Below, piece after piece: positions 43,696 to 57,509 of a stretch of DNA of 64,000 nt (its first letter is position 1; each line of letters opens with the position of its first letter). The notes under the pieces were generated by a model. It saw only the letters and a program-made list of their open reading frames with translations, searched no databases and was not told where the DNA came from. The position numbers and the translations under genes were made by a program. This stretch comes from the human T2T-CHM13v2.0 reference genome, Homo sapiens: the NCBI RefSeq assembly GCF_009914755.1, contig NC_060925.1. One strand, written 5' to 3'.

Positions 43696-45949
43696 CCAAA
43701 TTATCTTTATTTCTACATATTATCATTTATAATAACATCTATTTACCCTTATGGAGTATTTTTGCTGTTAATTTAATAGGATCAAATCTGTAAGATAACT
43801 TGGAGAACACTGTCATCTACAATACTTAGCCTTGTCATTCAGCAGTAGGTTTTCCTTTTTTCCTTATAGGAGTATAGATACATGATATTGTAATTAAGGA
43901 TCTTATCTTTATACTAATCCCCATTCTATTATTTAGTTTTTCATATCTCAGCTACTTGAAATCGTCTGAGAAATTATATTTCTCTTCTTTATATTTGCTT
44001 GAGATATGCCTTTGTCTTTAAAGCTTTACTTTAATACTATTTACCAAAGTATTTTCTGATCATCTTTCTCTGGTAATTAATCCTGAAGGGACTCTATACA
44101 GATTAAATTATTTATTAGAAAAAGCTCCAGGAAACTTTCTACTATTATGTCTTTATTTACTGTTTCCATATTTGGTTAAGCTTTCCTGCTTTCTATTTTT
44201 CATAGAATAAATCTATTTTGTTAGCTCGGGTTTTTTTTTTTCATGCATTACTATTATCTATTTATTTAGTTCTTTGTTTTTGTTTAGTTTTCTAATTCAT
44301 CGTCAGTCCCAGTTTCAGTGTCGATTCTAGTCTTTTTTCATTTCTAACAATATTGAATTTTTTACATAACATCTATTATGCAACTATAGTCTCCACCTAC
44401 TTGTGTTTATTATTATTAATCCTTAGATCTTCTTTCACTTTTTTTCGGGGTGTATTTTTTCTCTTTCTTGAAACCCAAGTTGTCTGTATCTTTGTTTCAT
44501 TTCTGTCACTATTTATGTTTTCCCCAGGCTTTTACAACTTTTTTTTTTTTTATTGCTGCTGCTGCAAAACTTGTGTTAATCAATTCAGGTTCCTTTAGGA
44601 GGGAGGGAAGCACAGGAACCTTCAAACAGTGTTGAAATGTGCCATTGCCTGGCTGAGAAAAGGTGCAAGCAGTAAGTCACAGTGACTAAGGAGGAGAAGG
44701 GTTAACTGTCCTAGAGACGCCTGGAAAAGAGGAAACCAGAGGGTCATTCCAACAGGAAGTTTATGGGAGACACGGAGGATCTCCAGGTTGGGTAGAGGAA
44801 AAAAGGGCAGACACACACACTGTGTGGTTCAGGAACGTCTCAGGCTTCAAAAAGATCTGCAAGACAAACACAGGGAGATAATTGACTTCACAGAAAGGGC
44901 AGAAATCAGGGAAATTTCTGGAGGACGGATGAGCTAAACTCACGGAGTTATGTAAACATGAGAGCTTAATGGAAAGAGTTTAGTAAGAGGTCATGATCAC
45001 ACATTATAGCCAATTAAAAGTCAGAAAGGGAGCCTCATTACTGCTTGTATCTAAGCTGATACATCAGGTAATTACATTAGTTGCATAGGTTTAGTGAATA
45101 GCACAAGGACGCAGACCTCACTGGGGCTAACTCCTCATCTGCATGTAGGAGGGAACAAGAGAGTTGCTACCAGGAACAGACAAGCGCCTGTTAGATCGCT
45201 GTGTACATCACAGGAAGCAGGAGATGGGAGATAATGGTTGTGCAATCTAGAAATCCAGGGTTCAGAGGGTGAAATTTTATGAATAAGTTTCCTGCCCTGC
45301 CCATATGAGGAGTCCCCTCAACCAGTGACAAGAGTAGCTCCGTTAGCTTGACAGGTGTGAGAAGTGTGACTCAGTCATTCCTGCCAGTTTAGTGCTGGCA
45401 GTTTAGTGCTTAGCAAACATCTGAGCTCATATATCTCTCCTAACTAGATTTTGCTTCTGGGATGAGAATTCACTATCAGGAGCTTTGCAATCTGCTCTGT
45501 GTTTTGATTTGTTTTGCTTTTCTGACCTCTTAGAATAAAACTAACAACAATGGGCAGAATCTGTCACAGGCCGATTTAGGTATTTCTGGGAAGAAGCCCT
45601 CCAAGAATTGGGTGAGTGGGGCCAAAAGGTATAAGTTCCCTGTGTCCAGGTGCTGGATGTCTTTAGTGGGAAGACTATAGGTGGAGCTGGTAACACTGTA
45701 AACTGTTGGACGAGACCACGTTTAGAACTTCCGCTCCCAAAGTTCTGTTGGATTAAGTGGCATGGTGCAGCTTCCAGGTCTTCATCTGGAGGGAGAGGAA
45801 GCTGTTTCTGAGTGAACAGAACTCTCAAGAGGAAGTTAGGGAGTTGAAGTCACGTCTTGGTTCTGCCAAGTCTTATAGGTTGCATGACCTGAAATAGATC
45901 CTTTCACTTTCTCTGGACTATAAGGTAATGGGTTTACATCTATTTTAAC

Positions 45950-46352
45950 CCCAATCTCTAAGTCATACTGACTCTACCTCTAAAATCTTTTCCCTCCATA
46001 CCTACTGCCTCAGCAGACCGTAGTCATTTATCAGCCAGACTACTCCACGAGCTCCCTAATGATATCTCTGGTGTTATTCATCGTCCCACACCCTGTCCAT
46101 CCCACACTCAGGCTCCAGAGTGATCTTTTTTAAATGCAAATCAGATCACATCGCTCCCTTGAATAAAATTGTTCAGAGGCTCCCCAGCGCCTTCATAGTA
46201 AAGGTTACACTCCTTAGTATGGCCCACGAGACTCCCCAGCCGGCCAGCCATAGACTACTTAAGAATGTGGACCAAGAATAGCTCATTCCAGCATGCTCAG
46301 AACCTAGCACCATGCCTGGCACATGTATATGAGCTGAGTGATGAATAAATAA
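45950..46352 (+). mobile_element. L2 3' fragment
   Basis: 'ccagagtgatctttttta aatgcaaatcagatcacatcgctccc...cctagcaccatgcctggcacat...gaataaataaat'. Confidence 0.75.
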
Positions 46353-47695
46353 ATTTCCTGCCAGCCCCGATATTATCCCACATGTCAGCCCAAATTGACA
46401 GCTTCTCCAAAGCACAATGCCTGTTACACCTGTTTTCTGAAATGTTCTCCTTAACCTCCCTAGACCCTCCCTTGTGTCATTTCCCTAAATACCCCCAAGA
46501 CCCCACTCTGCCGAGGTTTCAGAGCAGATACATTGTATACCGTTCAGAAACTGAGCATGGCCTTTGAAAGTGCAGTTGACTTTGATGGCATCTGCAAAAA
46601 AGCCTCAGGATGCCCCATGGAGACAAAGGTCACTGCCCCAGTATGAAGCAATTAATAGCCTACTCCTGCCTGAGGCTCCTGGGGGCTCCCTGTTCTCTGA
46701 GCAACAGAGCAAGCTAGAGCTTCTCTTAGGAGGGAGGGAATCAAGCCACACTCTCCTCCTGCCATGTCCATCAAAAAGTCATAAATAAGATTTAAAACTC
46801 AGAAGCGGGGAAGACGGGGATTACGTTAGAGGCTGAGGTCACCATGGAGGTGTTTGCTCTGCTCTTAATGAGAGAGGAAAGCCCCACCAGGTTGGCAGAA
46901 GGGAGGCAGGAAGGCAGCGAGTGGCTGGTAATTTATTGGGAGGCAGGAAAACTGCTGAATTTGACACTAGTAAACAGAAGATGTCAGTTCGACATCTGTT
47001 CCTGATACCTCAGCAACTAATTATTTCTCTGTGCACTGTGGTAGGCTGGGTGGAAGCGCCCAGGGGCAGGCTCAGTCCTGTCAATAAACCTGAGTTTGAC
47101 TGGCAAAATTAATAAGTAAATAAATAAACACAATCCACAGCCACCAAAACAATAAATAACACCCAAACAGCCTTCCTTACCCCATAGGATCAATTGCAAT
47201 TTGTGCTGGGAGGGATAGGGGAGAGGAGGAGAGGCAGGCCATGAGAAAGGACTCAGAGCCTCCAGAATTTCTGTTGTTCACGAGGTCTCTCTCCCTTGGG
47301 GGTTTTCAAGAGCACTAGCCCCCATTTCTGAGCCTTTTATTCCGTAGCTGCTGAAAATTTCATACTCCATCAGCACACATCTTCCTCGCTCTCACCATCT
47401 GTGAGGACTAGAAGGACCACAAACATTTTTAAACAGAGGCTTTTTCTACTCAGTGTCTGCTGTTGGATTGGATTGCAGTGAATTTGGGAGTTTCTTTGGG
47501 AAGCTCTTTCTGTACCCTTTTCCTCTTCAAAACCCAGTCACTTCCTTCCTCTGTACTATCCCTTACCTCCCCTGGACCTCCAGCAAGGGGAACACATCTG
47601 GCCAACTTCCTCAAATGCTGTTATCCAGTTAAACTGTGCTAGCTGGTTTTCGTATCTTTTTCTCCAGAGTGGTCAAGTATCTTTTCTTAAGTCTG

Positions 47696-48222
47696 AGGGA
47701 AGGCAAAAGGGAAGGGAGGGAGGGAGGGAGGAAGGAATGAAGGGAGTGAGGGAGGGAGGAGGGGAGGGAGGGAGGGAGGAAGGAAGGAAAGAAGAGAGGG
47801 AGGGAGGGAGGAAGGAAGGAAAAAAAGAAGGAAATGAGGGAAGGAAGGAGGAAGGAAGGAAGTGGGGGAGGAAGGAAGGAAAGAAGAGAGGGAGGGAGGA
47901 GGGAAGGAAGGAAGGAAGAGAGGGAGGGAGGGAGGAAGGAAGGAAAAAAAGAAGGAAATGAGGGAAGGAAGGAGGAAGGAAGGAAGTGGGGAAGGAAGGA
48001 AGGAAAGAAGGGAGGGAGGGAGGAGGGAAGGAGGGAAGGAAGGAAGGAAGGAAGAGAGGGAGGGAGGGAGGAAGGGAGGGAGGGAGGAAGGGAGGGAGGA
48101 AGGAAGGGGGGAGGAAGGAAAGAAGAGAGGGAGGGAGGAAGGGAAGAAGAGAGGAAGGAAGGGAGGAAGGAAGGAAGGGTGGGAGGGAAGCAGGGAGGGA
48201 GGGAGGGAGGGATGAAGGAAGG
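47696..48222 (+). repeat. GA-rich (GGAA/GGGA) low-complexity tract with higher-order repeats
   Basis: About 525 bp, almost purine-only. A block of at least 50 bp recurs at 47818 and 47942. Confidence 0.97.
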
Positions 48223-48769
48223 TTGATTTGTTGAAGGAGGGAGAGAGGGGGATGTTGGCAGGAATGTTAGTAACAATATGTTACCTCTCCAGGGCCCCAT
48301 GAAGAGACAATACTAAATTCATAAATGCTAAAAAGGATAGGAAAATGAAGAGCACACTGGCACCCTTGGAACTTTTCAACCCAGAGGAGAAGTAAAAACC
48401 CTGGAAAGATGGAAAGGAGGAAGAGCCTGTGGCCTGCAGTCTAAGAAGGAGCAGATCAAATCCCTGTGATTATCGGGTGCTATAGTCAAGTGGGGAGGGG
48501 GGTGGGGTTGCTGGGGAGAGAAGGGGAAACCCTGAGGGCAGAAGAGGTGAAAGGGTCCAAAGTGCTATGGATTTAGACTCCAGAGAGAGGAGTCAGCCAT
48601 GCTGTGTATCCTGGCCAAGCAGCATCAACCCTCTGAGACTCAGTTTCCTGTTCTGTAAAATGGGGATAGAAGAACTTCCTTCAGAGGGTGAATGTGAAAT
48701 AGAAAAATGGAGCTTTCTCCACTCTGCATCCAGAGGCCTTTCCAAGACATATATCCAACTATGTCACTT

Positions 48770-49615
48770 CTACTGAAAACCCTTTCTTAACTCTCCACAG
48801 CACTTAGGAAAAAGCCCAAGCTCCTCACTATGGCTCCCAAAGCCCCACATGGCCTGGATGTTGCCCATCTTTCCAGCTTCCCCTCACTCTTCATTTTTGC
48901 CGAGGCACACAGATCTGTTTCAATGCTTCAGACTTGACTTGCTCCCCCAAAGAGCCTGCTCATTTATGTACTAGAATAGTCTTTCCTTCTATCTTCACCT
49001 GGTTGCTTCTGCTAAGCCTTCAGATCTCAGTGCAAATGTTACTTGCTCAGGAAAGTCTGTCCAGACCTTCCCAACTAGATTAAATCCTCTCATGGTGGAA
49101 ACCCAAAGCCTCCTATGTCTCAACTCCTCCACCGCCACCAACCCGGTCCATGTGTCCGAGCCTGCATCATCGCTCCTCTGGGCTCCTGTCACAACCTCCT
49201 CCTGGCCTCACTATCTCCATGCTTGCCCACCCACGGTCTGATTCCACACAGCAGCCAAGGTTGTGCCAGCCTCGGAGCTTCTGCACATGCCTTTCTCTAG
49301 GTCTGGAACTGTCTCCCCCAGATATCTGCAGGATCCTCTCCCAGTTTTTCCAGTTCTCTTCTCAAGAGTCATCCCTTCAGTGGGACTATCCTAGCCAAAG
49401 TAGCCACCCAGGCACATTCTAACCACTTACCCTGTTTTATTTTTATCATAACACTTCTTACTACCTGAAATTACAGCGTACGTTTATTTTGAAATTATAT
49501 GTTTACTTGGGTTTTGTCTCCTGTACGAAGACATAAGTTTCAGGAGAGCAGGATTTTGCCCTGTTTACTGCTATATCCTCAGCTCCTAGAATAGTAGCTG
49601 CCACATAAAATATAT
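48770..49615 (+). mobile_element. L2 fragments including the 3' end
   Basis: 'ccttcagatctcagtgcaaatgttac', 'gtttactgctatatcctcagctcctagaatagtagctgccacat'. Confidence 0.75.
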
Positions 49616-49632
49616 ATTCAGAATACCATGAT

Positions 49633-49783
49633 CTTTTTTTAGAGATGGGCTCTATCTATGTTGCCAAAGCTGGAGTGCAGTGGTTATTCACAGGCATAGC
49701 TCACTGCAGCCTTGAACTCCTGGGCTCAAGTGATCCTCCCTCCTCTGCCTCCCAAGTAACTAGGACCACAGGCATACTCAGCC
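49633..49783 (-). mobile_element. FAM (fossil Alu monomer)
   Basis: Contains the 7SL/FAM-specific 'ggagtgcagtggttattcacaggc', which is absent from dimeric Alus. Confidence 0.8.
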
Positions 49784-49814
49784 ATAAATTCATTTTGGTA
49801 GTAATATCACAATG

Positions 49815-50148
<334 letters not shown>

Positions 50149-51349
50149 TGAACTTTAAGCTCCATATGGTCTACAAGGACCATAACAGCATTTACTCATT
50201 GCTTCCCAGGGCTCAATTATCTGTGTGGTAAATAGTAGGCATTCAATAAACACTGAATAAATGCATGTATAAGAGAATGAATGTAAGGAAATGGAAAATT
50301 ATAATGCAAACACAAACATGAGGTTATGTTATGAAGATGATGATTAGATTCAGCCCTATTGCCCATCATACTTACCACCCTGGGAACAGTAGTGTGGATA
50401 ACTTAAAGTCTGCCCTCTCCTGGCTCAATTCTCTCTATTGCTTTTCTCAAGGATGTTTGGAGGGAGGGACACATTTCCCTCCTCTCCAATTTCTCCTATA
50501 TTTTTAGTTTAGGCCCGCTAACTCAGTCGTTAGGATTCCCAACTTGTTTCCAGTGCAATTAATCATTTCCCCCAATTCAGTGCTCAGAGTAACCTCCCAT
50601 AAATATTGCCATTTTCTACACTGGCAGCACAGTGACATTTCCATCTTACTTGCAGACAGTCTGCAAGCTCGACTCATGGCAAATACTGCCCCTGACTATG
50701 TCCCCCAGATTCTGTGGAGAAGGTTGAGAAGGTGTCAAGGCAGAGCTCTGCCTGAGTACAGGTTGATGGCATGTGATGCCATAAACGTCATTGCCGCATA
50801 TTTGAGAAGACAGAAATAAGTTACTGGCATCTCTGCTACTCTGAGAAAACATAGTCATTCCCAACTTGGGGATATAAAATTTTATAGCACCCAACTCTCT
50901 CTTGGGGCACAATGACTCACTTCCCAGGGGAATTCATCAAAGCCCAGCCACAGTTTATTTCATAACTGCATTTAGTGCCGTGATTTCAATTAGTATACCC
51001 ACCCCCACCCCAATGCAGGATTAGTCTGGAATGCAAAGGAGATAGACATCTAAACAGACTAACACAAATATCAATAGCCATAGTTCTGAAGTCCTTCCTT
51101 TTGGTCAATACCTTGGTCAATACATTTTGATCTATCCAAGTTCTGTTTCTAGAAAAGTACCGGAAAAGATTATGGAAAATGTTGCAGGATAGTCCTTTTA
51201 GAATGATTGCTGTGGTGTTTTCTAACTTTGCATTTTAAGGTCTTAAAACGAGACCACTATTTCTTGACTTCCTTTCCCAACATTTTTCAATGATAACCCG
51301 CCAGCATTAATCCACAAATTTGTCAAAATAGTGTGGTGTTAGAAGACCT

Positions 51350-51510
51350 ATTTATTAATCACATTACATAGGGCAAGACATTTAATCATTCTGAGCCTCA
51401 ATTTCCTTCTCTATAAAATCAGGATGATAAATCCTGCCTCATAAAACTGTAATGAGAATTAAGTGAGATCATCTAGGTGGCTCGTAGTAGATACTCAATA
51501 AAGAGTATCT
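51350..51510 (+). mobile_element. MIR
   Basis: 'ctgagcctcaatttccttctctataaaatcaggatgataa'. Confidence 0.7.
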
Positions 51511-52067
51511 CCCTTTTCTGGGACACCATCTCAATTAACTACTTACCTCCATATCAGCCTTAGCCTAATTAGTTGGCACTGACTCTTGCTTGTCTTGTAA
51601 ATTTCCTTCCATCTTTCTTCCTGCATTTGTTCTGGCTTCAAACTAGATTATAAGCTCTTTGGGGACAGGAACTACCTCTTTCCTTTCTTTTGTAAATCAT
51701 GGTTCCATAACATTTAATGGTCTTGACCTGTATGCAAGACAAATTTAGTGCTCTACTGAGTAGACTTACAAATGAGGTGCGTGCTGATATTCAGAGGGAA
51801 AGAGCTGTTCTGAGGCAGCAGGGAGAGCTGAAGAGCTGAGCCTCCAATAATGGCCTTTCACATTTTGCAAGAAGTAGGGAAGGTCCTGTCCCAGAAGAGA
51901 GAATATCAGGTAGCAAGAACCTTCTCTATTGCCCTGAAAAGGCAGCTTTTGCTTTGTCTTTTGTATTGCTTTGTTTTGCTTTTGTTGATAACCTAGATAT
52001 CATCATGGAGTAATAACCCAAATCCCCATAAGATCTGGTTTTAGATAGGATTACAGAGCATCAGATA

Positions 52068-52240
52068 TAAGGTTGCCACGTTTTGCAAATAAAATTGCAG
52101 ACTATCCTTTTAAATTCAAATAATTGCATAGTACAAGTGCATTTCATTCAATATTTGAGACATACTTATATTTAAAATTATTTGTTGTTTGATTGAAGTT
52201 TAAATTTAATAGACATCTTGTATTTTCTCTGGAAACTCTA
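52068..52240. mobile_element. MER53 palindromic hAT MITE
   Basis: TIRs taaggttgcca/tggaaactcta and internal 'gacatacttatatttaaaattatttgttgtttgattgaagtttaaatttaa'. Confidence 0.8.
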
Positions 52241-52438
52241 GTCAGGCCAAGGTAAACACAAGACAGCTAGATAGAGAGGAGAGAGAAATAAACAAACAAA
52301 AACTTCCCTCAAAATGAGCCTCCAAACTGGAATTCCAATATACATGCAGAAATTAAGAGCTAATTCAGACAGTCAGCAAAGCAGTTGAATATAAATTCGC
52401 TCTAGGTGAAAACAAGTTTGTACAACAGTTGGACAGAC

Positions 52439-52749
52439 TTTTTAATTTTTATTTTTGATTTTTAGAGACAGGGTCTTGCTCTGTCACCCAGGCTGGAGTG
52501 CAGTGGGATAATCATAGCTCACTGTAATATCAAACTCCTGAGTTCAAGTGATCCTCCCACCTCAGCCTCTCAAGTAGCTAGGACTACAGGCACATGCCAC
52601 CACATCAGACTAATTTTTTTATTTTTTTGTTTTTTGCAGAGACAGGGTCTCACTATGTTGCTACTCTTGAACTCCCAGCCTCAAGTAATTCTCCCACCTC
52701 AGCCTCTCAAAGCACTGGGATTACAGGTAAGAAACAGTGTATCTGGCCT
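52439..52749 (-). mobile_element. AluJ (Jo/Jr-like)
   Basis: Dimer. TSD ggacagacttt. Confidence 0.92.
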
Positions 52750-53013
52750 GGACAGACTTTAAGGTACAGTATCTTTAGTATGTTCTTAGAGAAAAATGAA
52801 GGCATAACTTCCAAACTGAAAAGAATAAGGAATTATTAAATCTTGCAGCAATAAAATGCAAACAGTGAGATAAGAAAGAAAAACCCACTAGAAATCCTAG
52901 GAATTAACAAAAATTATTAAATTTTAAAAATTCAATACTTGATAAAAACTTGAAATTGAACACTGTTAAAGATTTCATATCTAGAAGATGAAACCAAGGA
53001 ATTCACCTAGAAT

Positions 53014-53015
<2 letters not shown>

Positions 53016-53059
<44 letters not shown>

Positions 53060-53182
53060 GATAGAGATATGTATATACACACATACATAAACACATATAT
53101 ATACTATATATAGCTGCATGTTTGTGTGTTTATATATAGCAATATATGTGTATGTGTATATGTATATACATACATATATATT
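53016..53182. repeat. (TG)n microsatellite plus degenerate TA/CA repeat
   Basis: About 18 TG units followed by mixed TA/CA. Confidence 0.95.
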
Positions 53183-53189
53183 TGGAATG

Positions 53190-54300
53190 CAGTTAAGAGA
53201 CAAGAAGGAACAATAGAGAGAGAAATTTTAACATTCATCTAATTCCAGGAAAAGAGAGAATGAAAGCAATGGCAGAAAATCAATATTTGAAGAGAAAATT
53301 GCTGAAACTTTTCCAAAATTGGGTAAAGACATGTCTTTAAATGGAAAGTGTATGCTAACTATCTAGCAAGTTAAAGAAAAATAAATCCACTCACAGACAT
53401 ATTAAAGAATAACGAGGATCATGGGAAAATCTTTACCGAAACACCAAGATAGAACAATTATACTAACAGCAGACCTCTTGTCCACAATAACAGATGACAA
53501 AGGACAATAGAATATCCCCTCAAAATGTGAAAAGAAAACAAACATTAACCTAGATTGAGTTTTGCTATTAGCAGCAAAGACTTAATAACAGAAGCTAAAA
53601 CAAATTAAATAAAGGATTAATTCTCTCCCATCAAAAGGGTGTGGAAGTGGCAGCCTAGGAGTGGTATGGGGCATCACAGAGCCTGAAGGGTCCCCTCTCC
53701 TTGGTTCCACTCTGTCTCCCTTAGCTAGTAGCTTCTTTCTTCACTGTCTCGTGTAGGCTTCTATGTTCAAGGAAAGAAAGATGAGGGCAAAAGTGTGACC
53801 CTCTTAGCGAAGTCAGCCCCTTTTAAGAAGGCTCCCTGCACTCAGTGTTTTCTTCTTATATCTCATTGGCCACTCACAGCTACGAGAGAGTCTGGGAAAT
53901 GTAGTCTTTCTGCTGAGCACATGACCGTGCCCAAATAAAACCAGCATTCCAATTCTGTTTCTAAGGAAGAAGGAGAATAAGGACACGGAGTGGATAACTA
54001 GCAGTCACTGCCACAGCTATTATTTAAGAATGAGGACAAAATAAAAACATTTTCCGATATAAAAATGCTAAAAAAATTTAACATCCACAGACCCTCACTA
54101 AAAGCACTAGCAAGAGTGTATTTTATTTAGAAATAAAATAAAGCCAGAGAGAAGATCACAAGAAGCAATGATGAACACAGAAATTTACAAAACATGGCAG
54201 TAAATGCAATTGCAATTTACTGTAAAAAGATAAATATTTGTGTTTGTTTTTTAAAAGGTAAAATTAAAAGTCCAAATGAAAAATTATAAGATAGTGGGGG
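53190..54300 (+). mobile_element. Old L1 ORF1-like (HAL1/L1ME) fragments, split by an MLT1 LTR
   Basis: 'aatatttgaagagaaaattgctgaaacttttccaaaattggg', 'aagaatgaggacaaaataaaaacattttccgat'. Confidence 0.65.
53545..54016 (-). mobile_element. MLT1J-like MaLR LTR
   Basis: 'gtctgggaaatgtagtcttt...aaggaagaaggagaa...ggataactagcagtcactgccaca'. Confidence 0.75.
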
Positions 54301-54849
54301 TGTTCAAATGAAGCAAGATGTTAAAATTCTATAAAGCTGGTTGTGAGTATACAGATTTTATGGTATTCTTTATATTTGTCTATTAGTTTGGAACCTTCCA
54401 TAATTTGAAAAATAATGAGAGGCTATACTTACTTAGAAATTTAAAATTTCTATACATTAAAGGATACCACAAACAAACTTAAAAGACAGGAGAGAAAAAC
54501 CAGTGGGAAAACTCTTGCTAAATATGCAACAGAAACAAAGTCAATATCTAGAATATAGAAAGCTACTGTACATCAATAGAGAAAAGCCAAAACCCAGTGG
54601 AGAAGAAGCAAAGAATATAAATGAAATTTTATAGAAGAAGAAATACAAATGGCTAATAAATATTTTAAATGCCCAACCTTGTAATCAGGGAAATTCTATT
54701 TAAACCACGAATAGGGTGTCATTTTTTATTCACTAGAAAAGTAAAAATTTAGAAAATTGGAAATACATAGCATTGGCAAGCTAGTTGGGGAATGGCTCCT
54801 CTTGGATGCTGCTGGTGGACATGTCATTTGGCAAAACTGGTTCAGATTA

Positions 54850-55292
54850 TGTGTCAGGCCATCTTGCACTCCTATAAAGAAACACCTGAGACTGCAAAAT
54901 TTATAAAGAAAAGAGGTTTATAAAGAAAAGAGTTTGAACTGGTTCATGGTTCCTCAGGCTGCACAGGAAGCATGTACCAACATTTGCTCTGCTTCTGGGA
55001 AGGCCTCAGGGAGCTTTTACTATGGCAGAAGGCAAAGGGTGAGCAGGCACTTCACATGGAGAGAACAGGAACAGGTGAGTGGGGGAGGAGGTGCCACACA
55101 CTTTTAAATGACGAGATCTCACAAGAACTCACTCACTATTCAAAGACAGCACCAAGCCATAAAGGATCTGTCCCCATGTTTGGGTCCCCATCTGACCCAA
55201 ACACCTCCCACCAGGCCCCATCTCCAGCATTGGGGATTACAATTACAATTCAACATGAAATTCGGGCAGGAACAAATATCCAAAATATATCA
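54850..55292 (-). mobile_element. MSTA/MSTB MaLR solo LTR
   Basis: tgtgtcaggcc...caaatatccaaaatatatca. Perfect TSD GATTA. Internal duplication of tttataaagaaaagag. Confidence 0.92.
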
Positions 55293-55319
55293 GATTACAA
55301 GATTACAATTTGGTACTAC

Positions 55320-55324
<5 letters not shown>

Positions 55325-55355
<31 letters not shown>

Positions 55356-55625
55356 AGGCAGGGTCTCACTCTGCCACCCAGGCTGGAGTGTAGTGGTATG
55401 AACATGCCTCACTGCAGCCTCAATCTCCCAGGCTCAAGTGATCCTCCCACCCCAGCCTCCTGAGTAGCTGGGACTACAGGTGCACACCACCATGCCCAGC
55501 CACTTTTTGTATTTTTTGTAGAGATGGGGTTTCACCATGTTGCCCGGGCTGGTCTTGAACTCCTGGGCTCAAGCAATCAGCCCGCCTCAGTGCTGAGATT
55601 ACAGGTGCGGGGCAATGCGCCCAGC
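55325..55625 (-). mobile_element. AluJb-like
   Basis: Dimer. TSD tggta(c/g)tactt. Confidence 0.92.
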
Positions 55626-56304
55626 TGGTAGTACTTAAAATTTTTAAATAACCATACTATCAGGCCCATAATTATATTTCTAGAAACCCATTCTATGAAA
55701 ATTGTTGCATGTGTGCACTGAAACATATGAATAAGGGCAATCATTGCAGCATTAACTATAATCACAAAAAATGGAACTAACCTAAATGCCCAATAATAGC
55801 AGAGGGAATAAACAAATACTGACATATGTATACTATGGAATATCATGACACCATTAAAAAAATGGAGCAGACCTCTAGAGAGTAACATTGTGAGGCACAC
55901 AAGGCAGACAACGAATACAAAACAATCACATGCATGCTCTTTAAACGTTGTAAGTGCATATGCACTACACTTACCGAAAGTACTGAAAGAACAATACAAA
56001 AATACTAATAGTGGTGGATACCAAAGAAAAATGTGGGAACGCCACTCTGTATCCCTCTGTACTGTTTGAATCATTTAAAAGACAACATTTATACCACATG
56101 ATCTCACTTATATGTGGAATATAAAACAAGTGAACTCCTAAAAATAGAGAGTTTTGAAATGATGATTACCAGGAGCTGTGGGGGATGAGGGGGAGTTGTG
56201 GGATCTGGAGTAGGAGATGTTGGTGAAAGGACACAAAATTTTAGTTAGGTAGGAGGAATAAGTTCAAGAGAGCTATCATAAAACATAGCAACAATAGTTA
56301 ATGC

Positions 56305-56610
56305 ATTTTTTTTTTGTTTTTTTTTTTTGGAAACTAGGTTTCACTTTGTCACCCAGGCTGGAGTGCAGTTTTGTGATCTTGGCTCACTGCAGCCTTGACT
56401 TCCTAGGTTCAAGGGATCCTCCCACCTCAGCCTCCTGAGTAGCTGGGACTACGGGTGTGTGCCACCACACCTGGCTAATTTTTATATTTTTTGTAGAGAT
56501 GGGGTTTCACCATGTTGCCCAGGCTGGTCTTGATCTCCTGGGCTCAAGCAGTTTGCCCTCCTTGGCCTCCCAGAGTGCTGGGATTACAGACGTGAGCCAC
56601 TGCACTCCAT
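56305..56610 (-). mobile_element. AluJ
   Basis: Dimer on the minus strand. Confidence 0.92.
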
Positions 56611-56712
56611 CTATTGCATTCTTTAAAATAGCTAAGAGAATAGATTTTAAGTGTTCTTACCACAAAAAGTGATAAGTATGTGAGGTAATGCATATGTTAA
56701 TTAGCTCGATTT

Positions 56713-57021
<309 letters not shown>

Positions 57022-57509
57022 TTAACCATTCCATAGTGCATATATATTTCAAAACATCATGTTGTACCTAATAAATATGTGCAATTTTATTTGTCCATTG
57101 AAAATAGATAAAAATTTTTGAAGATAGCTAAAAGACAAGAAAGAGAGCTAGTGGGACGTCCTGGAAGGAGTCCAGGAAACATTGCTAGGCATCAATTTTC
57201 TCCTACATAAAATGTGGATAATTGTACCCAGACTTGCTCTCTCACTAAGGGTTGTGATGCCCAGAGGAACATATTGAATGGGCAATGAGATATGTTTGGA
57301 GAAAAGAGACCATATGCGAAAGTACTTGATTATCATGCAGTGGGAGGATCCATGCATTTTACATACTTCCCTCACAGGAAATAGATATTTATGTCCTAAT
57401 TATCTTGATGATAAACCAATCCTAGTAAATGGCAGAGCTAGAAATAGAACCAAAATAATCCTGTCTCCATGCTTTTCTAGTGAGCCCCAGGTCCAGCATC
57501 CTTTGAGAA

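Noticed and set aside
47629-48300. 223-aa P/S/L/F-rich ORF and the overlapping G/R/E/K-rich ORFs
   Set aside because: Translation artefacts of the GGAA/GGGA tract, which lacks stop codons.
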